DNA of 63,317 nt, counting the filler, from Octopus bimaculoides (lineage: Eukaryota), in the NCBI RefSeq assembly GCF_001194135.2. It is 6 parts of 6 records of this genome, joined end to end, with 100 filler letters (N's around TTAATTAATTAA, not from the genome) between each part and the next. Parts side by side here need not be neighbours in the genome. Positions count along the whole stretch, not along the records: positions 23,430 to 48,922 come from NC_068990.1; 5 more parts are not named here. One strand, given 5' to 3'. This document shows, in pieces, positions 26,401 to 40,444 of the stretch. The notes below the pieces were generated by a model, which was not told where the DNA came from, did no database searches, and saw only the letters and a program-made list of their open reading frames with translations. The position numbers and the translations under genes are program-made. The first letter of the stretch is position 1; every line of letters starts with the position of its first letter.

Positions 26401-26754
26401 GACTAATGGTGAGTTATAAATATGCATTAGTCTTTTCGATTTTCCGTGAAATTGAATTATATCAAATACAGTAGGTGAAATATTTTCTGAATTCGAGCGA
26501 AAGTGATATGACTATGTATTTCCTCACATATTTTTGGAGGGAAATAGAGATTATCGATCACCTGGCAGTGAAACGTCATATTGATTAACGTCGTTAGTTT
26601 CAATTCATAATTAATACCTATATATGCAAATTAATAATATCAACATCTACTTAAATTTTTTCTACTGTATTAAGAAAGAGTTTAGAACTTACCGGTGCTA
26701 TGACATTAAATTCTGAAAAGTTTATTATGTATGCATTAGTAATATTCGTTTTAA

Positions 26755-26920
26755 ATTTTGGCACAAAGTCAGCAATTTCGAATAAGGGTAAGTACGATTA
26801 CATCGAGCTTAGTACGGAAGGCAAAGTCAACTTCTGTGGAATTTCAATTCAAAACGCAAAGACGGATGAAATGTGACTAAGCAATTTGCTCGATGTGCTG
26901 ACACTTCTGCTAGCTCGTCG
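26755..26920 (-). mobile_element. SINE family B, near full length
   Basis: ttttggcacaaagtcagcaatttc...gtaagtacgattacatcgag...ggcaaagtcaac...gctagctcgtcgcc. Confidence 0.8.
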
Positions 26921-29384
26921 CCTTAGACGCTGGTAAGAATAGTTTCAAATTTTGGCACACTTTGGGGCGAATGGGGTACTGATTTTCGGCCTTGAAATGA
27001 TGAAAGACAAACTCGGGTACTGTATTTATGAAAGGTATTCGGATTTGTTTTAGATCATTTTCTTTTTGACACAATGTTAGAAGGGCAACCAATATATCGT
27101 ATCTATGATGTTCCGAACGCGACTTAAGCTGTTTCCTCCTCGTTCTCATTTCAATTCTGATGATAACTAATTAGCCGTCTATGAAAAATAATTAACAGTC
27201 TTGATCAACATGTCAAATTGTATATCAAATATTCCATTTTCGATAATATATTGCATATACGTAATATCTTATGGAAAGGTGGATTAGTCTACGGATAGAT
27301 CTTTACATATTCTGGAAGATTCAATGTGTAGATTCACATTAGCTCATGAAATTGTTACTTTGTTTTATAAGGTTCAAATATAGATTAAAATTTAAGTTCT
27401 AAGCCTAGTGAATACAAGAAATTCTCTTACATAGTAGACCAAGCCATGTTTATTTCCACGAAGCTCTCATACGTTAATTATATATTTACATTGTTCCCAC
27501 TGTCTTCTGTAGAGATATAATAGCTTCATACGTACAAAGTGATGAGATTGGTGGTATAATATTCCTGGGTGCACCGCTTGGAATTCGAATCACATGTATT
27601 TCAAAACCATGGATAACTAAAACGAGACATATATAGAATCTACGACCGGTCGAAACAAATTGCTGTGGATATATTTATTCGGCACTTATGACGCTAATTA
27701 CCCGACTAAAGAACCAATAATATAACACGATATTTTAGTCAGTAGACAAAAAGAAATTGGTGATGTATTGTCTCTAAAAACAACAAACAATGCAATAATT
27801 CGATAGAAGGACAGTAAAAGCAAATCTTCCTCAACAACATTTCTATCTCTTTAATGGAAGACTATTTTAGGTCAACAAAACATTAGCATATACGAGCATT
27901 TAAAATGCGATGAATAAGACCTCAGCAGCCAAATAAATTTACCGACAGTAATTGTAACTTAATATATCAAGAGTTTTTCCCTGTATTCATTACCATTTGA
28001 CATTACATACGATAATATTGGATAAGCGTACGCCTGTACAAATTTAACATCATTTCTCAATTTGATACAATTCCACGAGTAAAAATACATACATATATAC
28101 ATTTATTTATACACACACACGCTTGCTCATATATAAATGGATATAAATGCTTGAGCTATAGTAATATACAGACTACTGAAACTATAACTAACGTAATACT
28201 ATGTCTTTAAGCGGAGCGCAAAATAAATCAAACAGGGTTACACCGAAATTCGCATACCGAGCGTGTCAGTACCATATACTATAGAAATATTCATCCGGAA
28301 ATACATAAAACAAGATGAAGTAAGATATACTTTTAATGTGCGAAACCAAATTCGTATTGTGCGTGATATTTATCTTATACACAAATGCGCACATGCATAT
28401 ACAAATATATACATTCATACATTCGTACATACATACATACATACATACATACATACATACATACATACACACATACATACATACAGAGAAATAGAAAGCG
28501 AGGGAAAATATATATAGTATATGTGTGTATATAGGTTATATGTATATGAATTTATTGCAGAAAATAAAATCACCTCGTACTCCCTTGTTTTCTACTACGT
28601 TTCCCTGTTTTATTGTCTTCCATCTTGTTTAATTTAATTTAATTTTATTTCACCCGCGTCTTTCATCTTCCCGACCTTTCCTACTAACAGCATTACAGAC
28701 ACACACACAACTACAGACACACACACACACACACAAATTTATAGATAGAAAGCGAGTGAAAAAGAGGGACAGAGATACAGATTTGCTGACAACCCCACTG
28801 TTCTTGCTTAAAGAGTCACTGAATGAAAATCGAATGCAGCATGCACCTCGGCACAATCGCTCACCTAAACTTATCTTGAATGGAGTTCGATGAATAGCAC
28901 GAATAGAGATATTCGTTAATGAGTGTTTGTGTCTTTGTGGATACTTGCATTGACTTCTCAATACATGTACAGACATTGAAGAAATAGTTTAAACATAAAT
29001 GCGCAGCACACTTTCTATATGCTGAATAGAAAAATAAACAATATATTAATCCCACGTCAGTATTAAGTCGATTATAAACTAAAATACGTTAAAGAAATGT
29101 ATTTTATGGTGTTTCTTCCGTCTGTCATAATTCTCATGTAAAATGTCATCTAATGTCAGTAATATGTTACCAGTGTCATAGAGCATGTACTACAGTTCCA
29201 GATTCTTCTTAAACAACTTGCAGACACTGCAATTTTTTCTGTACAAATAATCTCGACATTGTGCGATTCACAAATCCAAAATACAAAGATGCAAGCATAC
29301 TTACACACGCGTGTATAACATACATAAACGCACACACAACCGCAAACACACACACAAAGACACATTCAAATACAGATACAATTA

Positions 29385-29445
<61 letters not shown>

Positions 29446-29664
29446 NNNNNNNNNNNNNNNNNNNNNNNNNNNNNNNNNNNNNNNNNNNNNNNNNNNNNNN
29501 NNNNNNNNNNNNNNNNNNNNNNNNNNNNNNNNNNNNNNNNNNNNNNNNNNNNNNNNNNNNNNNNNNNNNNNNNNNNNNNNNNNNNNNNNNNNNNNNNNNN
29601 NNNNNNNNNNNNNNNNNNNNNNNNNNNNNNNNNNNNNNNNNNNNNNNNNNNNNNNNNNNNNNNN

Positions 29665-29695
<31 letters not shown>

Positions 29696-29699
29696 GACG

Positions 29700-30042
29700 T
29701 TTACTCTTTTACTCGCTTCAGACATTTGACTGCAGCCATGCTGGAGCACCGCCTTTATTCGAGGAAATCGACCCCAGGACTTATTCTTTGTAAGCCCAGT
29801 GCTTATTCTACCGGTCTTTTATAACAAACCGCTTAGTTACGGGGACGTAAACACACCAGGATCTGTTGTCAAGCGATGATGCATATAAGACGGGCTTCTT
29901 TCAGTCTCCGTCAACCAAATCCTCTCAAAAGGCTTTGGTCGTCTCGAGGCTATAGTAGAAGATATTTGCGCAAGGTACTACGCAGTGGGACTGAATGCGG
30001 AACAATGTGGTTCGTAAGCAAGCTACTTAAGCCACATATACT
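29700..30042 (-). mobile_element. SINE family A lacking the internal microsatellite
   Basis: Tail and head halves are joined by only aagcgatgatgcatataagacggg. Confidence 0.85.
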
Positions 30043-30047
30043 CGCTG

Positions 30048-30213
30048 GTATGATTGCGTGATATGAAGCTTGCTTACCATCCACATTATTGCGAGTTAAG
30101 TCTCACCACATGTTTCCTCGGGCAAACGTTTTCTACTATAGCCCCAGGCCGACTAAAGCCTTCTGAATGGATTTGGTACACGGAAACTGAAAGAAACTTG
30201 TTGTATAAATATC

Positions 30214-30249
<36 letters not shown>

Positions 30250-30335
30250 TGTGTGCGGGTGACTTTCTGTCTGTGTCAGTCTCTCATCTCCGCTTCACAA
30301 CTGATTTGATGTAACCGTAACGTAGCGGTTCGGCA
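30048..30335 (+). mobile_element. SINE family A, diverged and 3' truncated, head-to-head with the previous copy
   Basis: gaagcttgcttaccatccacat...ctactatagccccaggccgactaaagcc...gtaacgtagcggttcggca. Confidence 0.75.
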
Positions 30336-33300
30336 TGTTAACAGAAACTTGAATTGATTGAAAGTAATCTAGAACTGTCTGAAGAAATTGACAACGACAT
30401 TAAGGCATCCTACTTCTTGAGAACAATATTGGACTGGTGAGTTGATTTAAGTACCATATTTCGTATTTACTATTATACACCAAAGGCAGAAAATGTGATT
30501 CTTCAGGTCATTATTTATCAGCAGATGTGTGAGGTCCATCTGAATCTTTAGTGTATCCTATGCGCACCAGTTATTACGTTTTTGTCCGGGCAGTTGTATT
30601 CTGGTATGCCATCTAGAAAATAAAGGAGAAATGTGAAGCAAGTTTTCGGGCTGGTTATGCAAATCTACGCATCAAGCTTCATGCGGTTGAAATCTTTAGG
30701 AAACTGAATCTCGCGTCATAACATTAACAATTAATGATATGTTTGTGCAAAGAGACTTCGGTATATTGATTTGTTTTTTTATTAGTGACAATTAATGTAC
30801 CTATCTAAATTATGCTTTTGCGAATCCCTAGCATAAAACACTCGGTATCTCACACGTAATAGTATCCTATTATACGCAGGAAGATTTTTTATACACCGGA
30901 AATTACGGTTTCTCTCTAAACGTGCAGATTACTGCAGCTGACGTGAAGCACAGAATAACGAATTAATTTAATATTCGATATTCGCAAACTCATTGTACCG
31001 TTTTTAATTAATTGTAGCTTTCTATTCCTGTTCGGAAATGACCTTTGTTTCTGTATCATTGAAGAAATATTGTTTTCATAATTGTAATTTGAAATGAATT
31101 TTTTCTAAATAAAATTTCTACTTTAAGTGCTTCGTTTAATTCCACAACGACGCTCATGCGACACTTATGGCAAAACTTGCAAGTGAGGTTATTGCTAAAA
31201 CCTTATCTTCATTTTGAAGCGCATTAAACTGCGATAATTTTATTTATTGCAAAAGCAGTTTCAATCATCGTGTGCACACACACACACATACACACACAGT
31301 ATTTGTAATCTAATCGTGACCGAATGAAACTCTTGTGGTGATATATGGATGAAATAACACATTGCTCTGCACACCAACATACATTACACATGTTCAAACA
31401 CCATTTATAGCGTTTCTGTTATTAAGATAAAAGACAAGGTATCTAACAATCATTTCATACCTGAACAAGCATTTTAAAGAATGAATCGGTGCTACATCCA
31501 TTGCGAACCTATCCTAGTTAAATAAAATATATCATAAATAATATTTCTAGAAATGTATATAAGTATTTACAGATCATATATAAATGACATAAAAAGCAAA
31601 TATCAAATGTGATAAATATATACTGTAAAATGCATCTGCTGTATATCGTAGATTCTTCATTTGTATTTCAAGAATCATACGCACGCATCATACATGCTCA
31701 TACATATATTTGCATACGTCGGGATAGGGAGCAGCTTCTTTTGTAAACCTCATAAGCATTCCATGATGCTTTTCTGCACGCTTATTCGGTGTCGGTGGCA
31801 TCTTTTTGAAAAAGTGAATTCATCAAATACAGCAGAAAATGATTTTGAACACGTGTGGTCGCGTAAATCTGTCATAGAAAACGTCGATTATATAACCATG
31901 TCCCTAAATTGAATTGTCTACTATTTTCAACGTTCCTGTTACAATTATTCTATATTCAATTAATATATACTCTGTACCCATGATATAAAATTGTGGTGCG
32001 CGCACACACACTCACGTATATACATGCATATATGTGTACACAGCCACTTAGATATACATATATGTACTGATCATTATATGAACTCACAGAGTTAGTAACA
32101 ATTTGGTAGATTTATCAATCATTAGACCACTTAAGACCAAATAATATCGATATATATCTCGCATCATGATATATAACCTAAAATCCCGACGTCATGTTAT
32201 TTTGCAAGTGCCCTAAATCTCTAAAGCCTACGTGTTTGTGTGCGAATTCCTTTAGATTTATAAATTGTAGTTACGTATCAAAAAAGCTACACATAACAAA
32301 AGAGCATTTAACATGAGCCACTTAAAATCAATTACAGCTCTACCCATAACAAGAAGAGCATTATAACATACAGGCTAAGGGAAGTAACAAAGACTAGCAG
32401 TATGGAGTACAGTAACATCACCTGACCATTTTGAAATATATGCAATAAAAATTATCACAATCTAAAAACTAAACACATCTCAACCTCCAAATAGACATTG
32501 TAGAATAAAATTGTCGATTCGCACCTGATATTTAAACGATGTACAACATTGAAACGAATATTTATTGGAACAATATTCAGGGAAATAAAGTATAGGAAAA
32601 TGATTCAAACGGACAGCCGTAAAGATGCTAATCTTGATTAACGAGAATAATTCTCAATCTTTTCTAAATATAGCTTTATGCTAGGAAGTGTATATGTATG
32701 TATTTATATATGTACGCATATCCACACCATATCTCACTCACATGTATGCACACACATGCATATATGCGCACACACTCACACACACTCACATACACATACT
32801 CTTTCTCAGACACAGAAAAAAATACACACACGCACAGGTATACATCTATATATGTAACTCACTCTCACGTACAAACGATTTGTATTTATAGGAGAGTCGG
32901 TGCGCCATAATTTACATTGCTATGTTTAGCATGTGATAATAGATACGAAGACATAAAGGGCTATCTCATGAAATTCATTAGCTTACATCTCTTTCTGCTA
33001 TACAATGCAGTGGACTCATAGCTCAGTGCCCAAGTATCCCCTTATGACTTCAGCGGAGTCTTAAACATGACATGCGATCTATTTTGGAAAAAAATGACAG
33101 TTATGTTTCTATATTTGAAAAGTATTAACGAAGAGAAAGCAAACGCAAATCGTGGCGATGAAAAACAAGGGCTCCGCCCATAAATGGAATACGATAGATG
33201 TTAAGATGTGAATAAAGTCAGATTTATGTAGAGTTATAGAAAGGGTGCTTAGATCTAACAGTATAACAGTAAATACACACAGAAACACATACACACATAT

Positions 33301-33348
33301 ACATAAGTGATCCATACATATTGCAGCACAACATGTCTGGAAGATAAC

Positions 33349-33401
<53 letters not shown>

Positions 33402-33429
33402 CATACATATTCATACTTACATTCATACG

Positions 33430-33995
33430 AAGGAGACCATGCACAGCTTTTAGGGTAGTCGCAAGTGTATGTGCTAAGTTGAGTTCTTGTTGGCAAGGTC
33501 CTTCCAGCTCTCATTTCGGATCTGACGAGTTTTGCACTGTATATTGCAACAAATACGGTAGACAGAAGCATCGTTTCCAGGGCAATGCGGGTCCGTAAGT
33601 TGAGCCCGGTGAGCAAGTAGTTTCTGGAACTCTTCTTTATTTTCATCGAAACAGATCTTGTGATTTTGTGGAGAAGCCGAATGCCTCCTCCAAGGTTGGC
33701 ATGATAGCTGTTTACATGTATTCCCAGAGCACTTCAGTGTGAGGTGAGGTGGTTTTAGGGAAACTGGTCTCTTCGAACATTAACTGGCCTTTATAAGGGT
33801 GAGTCTTCGAATATCTTCTGACAACTACGACTCCTTGAATTACACCATCAATAATGCCTCCGAAATATCCTCAGCTTCCACTGGACCTCTACAGCAGATG
33901 ATGTTCACCAGCATCGAAACATCTCTGGGGAAGATACAGCTACACTGGGCAGGACACATCACTAAGATGGGGTATCATTGATTTCTGAAATTGAT
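33430..33995. mobile_element. Two RTE LINE fragments in opposite orientation
   Basis: Minus 33430-33790: LWEYM*TAI...FDENKEEFQKLL...RQIRNESW (endonuclease-RT linker). Plus 33815-33995: HHQ*CLRNILSFHW...SIETSLGKIQLHWAGHITKM (post-RT region). Confidence 0.7.
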
Positions 33996-34177
33996 GAGAA
34001 ATTCTTCAGAACTGAAAATTTTTATATGTTGTTTGTATAATCCCTTCTAGCAAATGCACAAGGCCCAATGCTTTATTAGCAATAAAACATACGCATATAT
34101 TCCTACTGGGAAACAAAAATTAACCATAACTGATTTCAGCCTACTTTAATTAAACACAGTGTGTGTTTGTGTATGTG

Positions 34178-34208
<31 letters not shown>

Positions 34209-34216
34209 CCATACAT

Positions 34217-34277
<61 letters not shown>

Positions 34278-34310
34278 AATATATACAACCATAGATACAT
34301 ATGTAGGTGT

Positions 34311-34358
<48 letters not shown>

Positions 34359-35978
34359 ATGATGTACTATATATATATGTATTATATCACTGAATTGATT
34401 TATTCCATGTCCACACTATTATTTGAATACGGCTTTTCTCAAACACACATGTACGAGAATGATTACGTAGACAAAAATGTATGCGCTTCCGTGTGTGCAT
34501 ATGTGTGTATATATACACACACACATGTAGACAAACATTTATATAGACCTATACACAAACTCATACCTATCATAAATACATATCTGTTCACTTATGCCTT
34601 ATATATGCATTTATATATATACATATGCATACACACACACACACACACACACACCCACATATNNNNNNNNNNNNNNNNNNNNNNNNNNNNNNNNNNNNNN
34701 NNNNNNNNNNNNNNNNNNNNNNNNNNNNNNNNNNNNNNNNNNNNNNNNNNNNNNNNNNNNNNNNNNNNNNNNNNNNNNNNNNNNNNNNNNNNNNNNNNNN
34801 NNNNNNNNNNNNNNNNNNNNNNNNNNNNNNNNNNNNNNNNNNNNNNNNNNNNNNNNNNNNNNNNNNNNNNNNNNNNNNNNNNNNNNNNNNNNNNNNNNNN
34901 NNNNNNNNNNNNNNNNGAGAGTGAGGTAAGAGTTAACGTGAGAGAGAGAACCGATAGACTTCTTCGTAGACATGGTCTGCTAATTTTCACTTCCAAATTA
35001 TTAATCAAATCGAGGTGACAACAGAATTCTCTTGTGCAGTGGGATGGAAATCAGCACCAAATAAATCAAACACCAAATATTTGTCTAAACATTTCATTAA
35101 CAAAACATATACACATCTAGAAAATATCAACTCATTAGATCTGTAGTATCAAAGTTAAATTTAATATTGCCAGAAATATTTCAACTGCCTTCGAGTTTCT
35201 ATCATTACAGACATATTGTGCGTCACCAAAAGACAACTGGAAACCCAGCAATTATGATGCCAATGAGCTTGAAGAACAGAACCGTTTTCCTTCAAGTGTT
35301 ACCACTATCATCTGTCCGATTAGACAAGTTCTTGCCTTTTAAGAGTGCAAAAACAATTATTAGAGTCGGCGTTTCAGAGCCCTGATTAGACAAAGTCATT
35401 CTTTCCAATTAAATAAGGCGAAATGTCAATACTTGGCTGACTAGCATATTGACAAGGTGTGGTACGCAATATCATTGTGTATTACAGCCAGTTGCTGTGG
35501 TTTGCAACTAGCTCGTTGCGATACTTATCTCTTGCTAGCAGAACCGCCGGGAGCCCACAAGTGTATACGCAGAGAAGATGAAACCATCTGAAGGTGGCTG
35601 TGCTTGACAAGACGCGCAGGCAAAACATAATTCAGTCTTATTCTGACGATGAAATTCTTACTGATGATACAGAGACGTCTACATCCTTGTGATGCATTGA
35701 ATTGACGGGATTGTAATACTGCTAATTAGCAACTGCTGTTTCTGCATAGGACGGAGCCTTTCCGATATTTAGTTCACATAATATCCCTGTTGATAATGGC
35801 ACATATATTTGATGACTAAATCGACTCCACGACTTGTTTAAGAGTCATGTAAAGTCTGCATTCCAGTTATTTTGGGGTACGATAATTATAACAAACTCAG
35901 ACACACACAGATCCACAAACAAACACAGACACACAGACACACGAACACATACACTCACCCATTTACCTTGTACTTTAC

Positions 35979-36024
<46 letters not shown>

Positions 36025-36604
36025 GGCAGAAATTCTCACCAGGACAGAATGGCCTACATATTTTGAAACCGCATATCTGGATTGAATATCTTTCTTAGAT
36101 TTATCTAAAGTATACTTACTAGAATTTTACGGAGTTTAATGGTTCGAGTTTATATATTCTATTGTTCTTTGGTTTAAAAATCCCTTATGACTGACATTCA
36201 GTCTTTCCTAAGTTCAAACTATTTGAAATCGTAAACCACGAAAGGTTTCAATAAATGAAAATAATTCACTCGGTTATGTTGTACGGCTGGAGTAAGAACT
36301 TTTAAATCCACACACTGCATGTATCATGATTATAGACCTCTATAATCCCTATATGTATATCACGGAGCAACTACCTTAACTGTAATTAATTTCAAGATAT
36401 TTTTTCTTTGCTGATGAGATTGATGTATAAGAAGATTCGAAATGTAATCTAAGCCTTTGTAAACAATTCTAGTGAATGATAATGAAATACGTTTGAGAAA
36501 TATTATTGAAATCATGTTCCAAACTTTATTTATGTAAAGGAATTCGTTGTAGTTAAGACTTCATTGGACAACCGAATTCGTGTCCCTCACAAAATTTCCT
36601 ATAG

Positions 36605-36724
36605 CAGTAATCTCTCGACTATCGCGGGGGTTATGTAAAAGCAAAACAATATCACGGAGAAATCGACGTAAGCTTAAATAATAAACTGCGATAGGTGAAC
36701 CGCGATATGGGAAGGGATTACTAT
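36605..36724. mobile_element. Tigger/pogo-type MITE remnant
   Basis: Ends cagtaatctctcgactatcgcgg... and ...ccgcgatatgggaagggattact are imperfect inverted repeats of the Tigger type. Confidence 0.65.
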
Positions 36725-36747
36725 AATATTTATAAAATACAAAAGAT

Positions 36748-37310
36748 GGTGAGCTGGCAGAGGTATTAGCACGGATTTGACTTTCATCTTTCCGAAGTAG
36801 CTAGAATATTTACCAGTGGGTGTAATCGACTGTCACCCAACTTGGAATTGCTGGCCTTATTCCAAAATTTGAAAGCTATAATTATAAAATATTTAAGACA
36901 GTGAGCTTAGCGACATATAGTCTGACTTTACATTCTGACTTCAAATTCGCCGAGGTCGACTTTCCCTTTTATCATTTCGGAGTCGATAAAATAAGTACCA
37001 ATTGATCACTGAGGATGAATGCATTCAACTAACCTCTTCGCCCAAAAAGACTGGCCTTGTTTCAAAATCTGAGACCAATATCTATGAAATATGTTAGGCG
37101 ACGAGCTGGTCGAATCGTTACCGCACCGGGTTACTGTTTTGCGACCTTTCTTCCGACTTTACGTTCTGAATTCATATTTCGCTGAGGATGATTTCAACTT
37201 TCATACTTTCGGGGTCAATAAAATAAGTACCAGATGAACACTGGGTTCATTGTACACGACTTACCTACTTCCACGATATTTGTTGGCCAAATTGTGAAAA
37301 AAATATCTAT
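36748..37310 (+). mobile_element. Three head-to-tail copies of SINE family B
   Basis: Copies start at about 36748, 36897 and 37097. The second and third show B-box and Nin/Deu core remnants (e.g. gtcgactttccctttt...gtcgataaaataagtacc); the first has an internal deletion. Confidence 0.8.
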
Positions 37311-39099
37311 CAAGTATTTCAAATCTCTGAGTTGCAATTAATCTACGCCTTCCCGGATATAATCAAAATTCAATAACGATTGTGCCGGAAGTAGTTTAGC
37401 CAGAATGATTATTACCTCATGTGGTATTTTTGGTAAAAGAGTAGAACCCGAATTTCTGTGTATCGGATTCCATTTCTTTCAGAAGTGGCGACCGCCTAAG
37501 ACCATTCTCAGCCATTTTAAGCGATCGGTTTTATATGTAATTGATGTACTTAAGAAATATAACAGATATATACATCGGATAACATCTGCAGATTTCCTTT
37601 TCATAAAATAGAGACGTTTTTCAGTCTAAACATATTAATTACATTATTGTATTTGCATAGATAGAGAAACCGTACTGTGTAACAAAATTTGTTTTCTACC
37701 TTTTTATAAATACTACTACGGAATAAACATGGACCGCCATTTTGTTCTGAAGGTCATCGTTGATTATAGAGTATCCTGAAAACAAGTTGGAACGCTCTAT
37801 TGTCTACACACTCTATACATCACACAATGGCAAAAGAAATGACTCAAGATAAATGTTGAGATCTTCAATGTTGTTGGTTACACATAGTCAATCAATATCT
37901 ACTTTTCGACTGAAAAAAATAATCAGTATTTTCAGAAAGTATACATACGTTGTCATAGTATTCAAAACGCCCCAACGAATATATTGAACATAATTTGAAC
38001 TTTTTGAGTGCAATCTGGAAACTACTTCCTGTTATTGACGCTTAAATTAATATTTTCTCATTCTAACAATTGATTTTTAACGACAGTTAATTCCAAATAT
38101 ATTACTGATATATTTCGATATATTCATAGGATATTGAAATATCCTATGAAGGATAAAAAATTATCTCACTACGCAAGGATTCAACTCCAAACGCTCCATA
38201 ACGGGGATACGGTGCCTAGTCTCTCTAATACTTTCATTAAATAATTACCTCTGACTTACCAGGTGTAAAAAAAACAGATCTGATTTATTTCTATTGACCA
38301 CTTATATTTCAACTAATTGTATCATTTACACAGAGAGGCATAGCAAATTCTGATATACTCAGGAATTAAACTTCAGTATGTAAAACCTTACACTGCATCC
38401 TATTTGACAGAGCAATATAGTTCCAAATATATTATTATATTGGCAGTGAGAAAATGGAGTTTCATATAATTGTGTAGGATAAATTGTTTTCTCTTGGAAA
38501 TTACTTTTAAAAGAGACTAATAATTACAATTTTTAATTTCAGTTAATTAATGAGAGAGTACACATGTACCTGTTTGCATGTGAGTGTGTGTGTGTGTGTG
38601 TGTGTGTGGGTGTGTGTGTGTGTGTGTGTGCCTGCGTGGGTACAAACATGCAAGCTGCGATGATTGTGTGTCTTAGCTCATCGTCTGTTGCAACACAACC
38701 TGTTTTGACTTTTGATGCTACAAGTTCGGTTAAAACATTACTCATCAGAATTTTATTAACAGACTGTCTATCGCAAAAGGTTGTTATAAGTGATAAAACG
38801 GAATGCTGCAATGTTAATTTTAACATGATAAAATGTCATCCGGTTTTTATGGTATCACTTTGTTAGCGCTTATTAAATTTCTAATTAAGACAAATTAACG
38901 CGATACGCTACACATTTTAAAAACATCATCTATACGTTTTTGAAAAATATTCAACATTGAATACACTTCAATTTTGAAAGACAATATCGCAATGTTTTAA
39001 AATTATATTTGCATTTATTGCTGTTTAATTTTACACACCTCTTTCAAAAACAAATAAGCCAATAGTTAAACATATGATTGGTGAAATTTTATCTGTATT

Positions 39100-39275
39100 T
39101 ACGATGTGAATTCAAATTCCACAGAGGTCTACATTGCCTTTCGTCCTTTCAGAGTCGATGAAATAAGTACCAGTTGAGCCCTGGAGTAGATGTAATCGAA
39201 TATCCCTGTCCTGGGAATCGAACACACGGGCTCGCAATTATAATTGCAACTCCTTAATCACTAAGTCATACGCCA
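39100..39275. mobile_element. SINE family B 3' half (+) abutting a family C head (-)
   Basis: gaattcaaattccacagaggtctacattgcctttcgtcctttcagagtcgatg, then the reverse complement of ggcgtatgacttagtgattaagg...ttcgattcccagg. Confidence 0.65.
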
Positions 39276-39909
39276 CATACATACATACATGCATGCATGC
39301 GTGCATGCATACCTACAAACATACATACATACACACACTTGCCCACACACATATATGCATACACATTCATTCATAGAAACACATACACACAAACGACACA
39401 TACACACGCGATCTTGTGTGTAAGTGTATGTCTATGTGTATGTATTATATTTAGTCTCATCTTTATGTTCTCAGATTTATTCTTTCCTTTCAGCAACTCA
39501 AATGTAACACGTTTTAAGAGACCGGACGGTGATATCGTACTTATCGGTTTTCATCGATCGTTTGTGCGATATTGATTATAGTTAACACTCTACAAATAAC
39601 AATATCCTCGGTGTACGGCGTCTTCATCTATGCACTAGTGTGCTTCTGTTCGCACTCATAGCAAAATGTCTGACGAAACCTTAAAAACGAATATGGACTA
39701 AGATGCCAATTCTATAGTTCAGTGTGATTAACATGCTTAATCTCATTCATGGCGATTGAAATATTGCAAATATATTAATAAAATGTAAGCGAAAAAGTAA
39801 TTCACAAAACAAGTGTTGGCAAATATCAGTTTCACATGGATATATAGTGTAAACCGAATGTTGTGTAGCTGTTTCTAAATGTAATATTTGGTATAGGTCT
39901 GATAAAAAA

Positions 39910-40022
39910 GACAGCTTTTGAAGTGTTTTGCGCGGATAGATAATCCCTCACTGTTAGCTCAATGTATACACGCAGACACACACACACACACATATGTATA
40001 TTTGTATATATTTATATATGTG

Positions 40023-40061
<39 letters not shown>

Positions 40062-40257
40062 NNNNNNNNNNNNNNNNNNNNNNNNNNNNNNNNNNNNNNN
40101 NNNNNNNNNNNNNNNNNNNNNNNNNNNNNNNNNNNNNNNNNNNNNNNNNNNNNNNNNNNNNNNNNNNNNNNNNNNNNNNNNNNNNNNNNNNNNNNNNNNN
40201 NNNNNNNNNNNNNNNNNNNNNNNNNNNNNNNNNNNNNNNNNNNNNNNNNNNNNNNNN

Positions 40258-40313
<56 letters not shown>

Positions 40314-40444
40314 ATATGCACGCATGAAAACATGCATACATACGTACATATATACATACAAACATACATACATACATACATACATACATACATACATACA
40401 TAGTGAGGACTTATCAATCCGGGCAAAATACTTCATAAGCTGTC
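39910..40444. repeat. 43-bp imperfect inverted repeats enclosing a microsatellite core
   Basis: 39910-39952 versus the reverse complement of 40402-40444: 37 of 43 identical. Confidence 0.8.

Noticed and set aside
26910-27149. 79-aa minus-strand ORF MRTRRKQLK...
   Set aside because: No recognisable domain or splice support, and it ends inside a SINE head.
38715-38750. CTGATGAG...CCGAAC on the minus strand as a hammerhead
   Set aside because: GAAA box broken and no stem I pairing.
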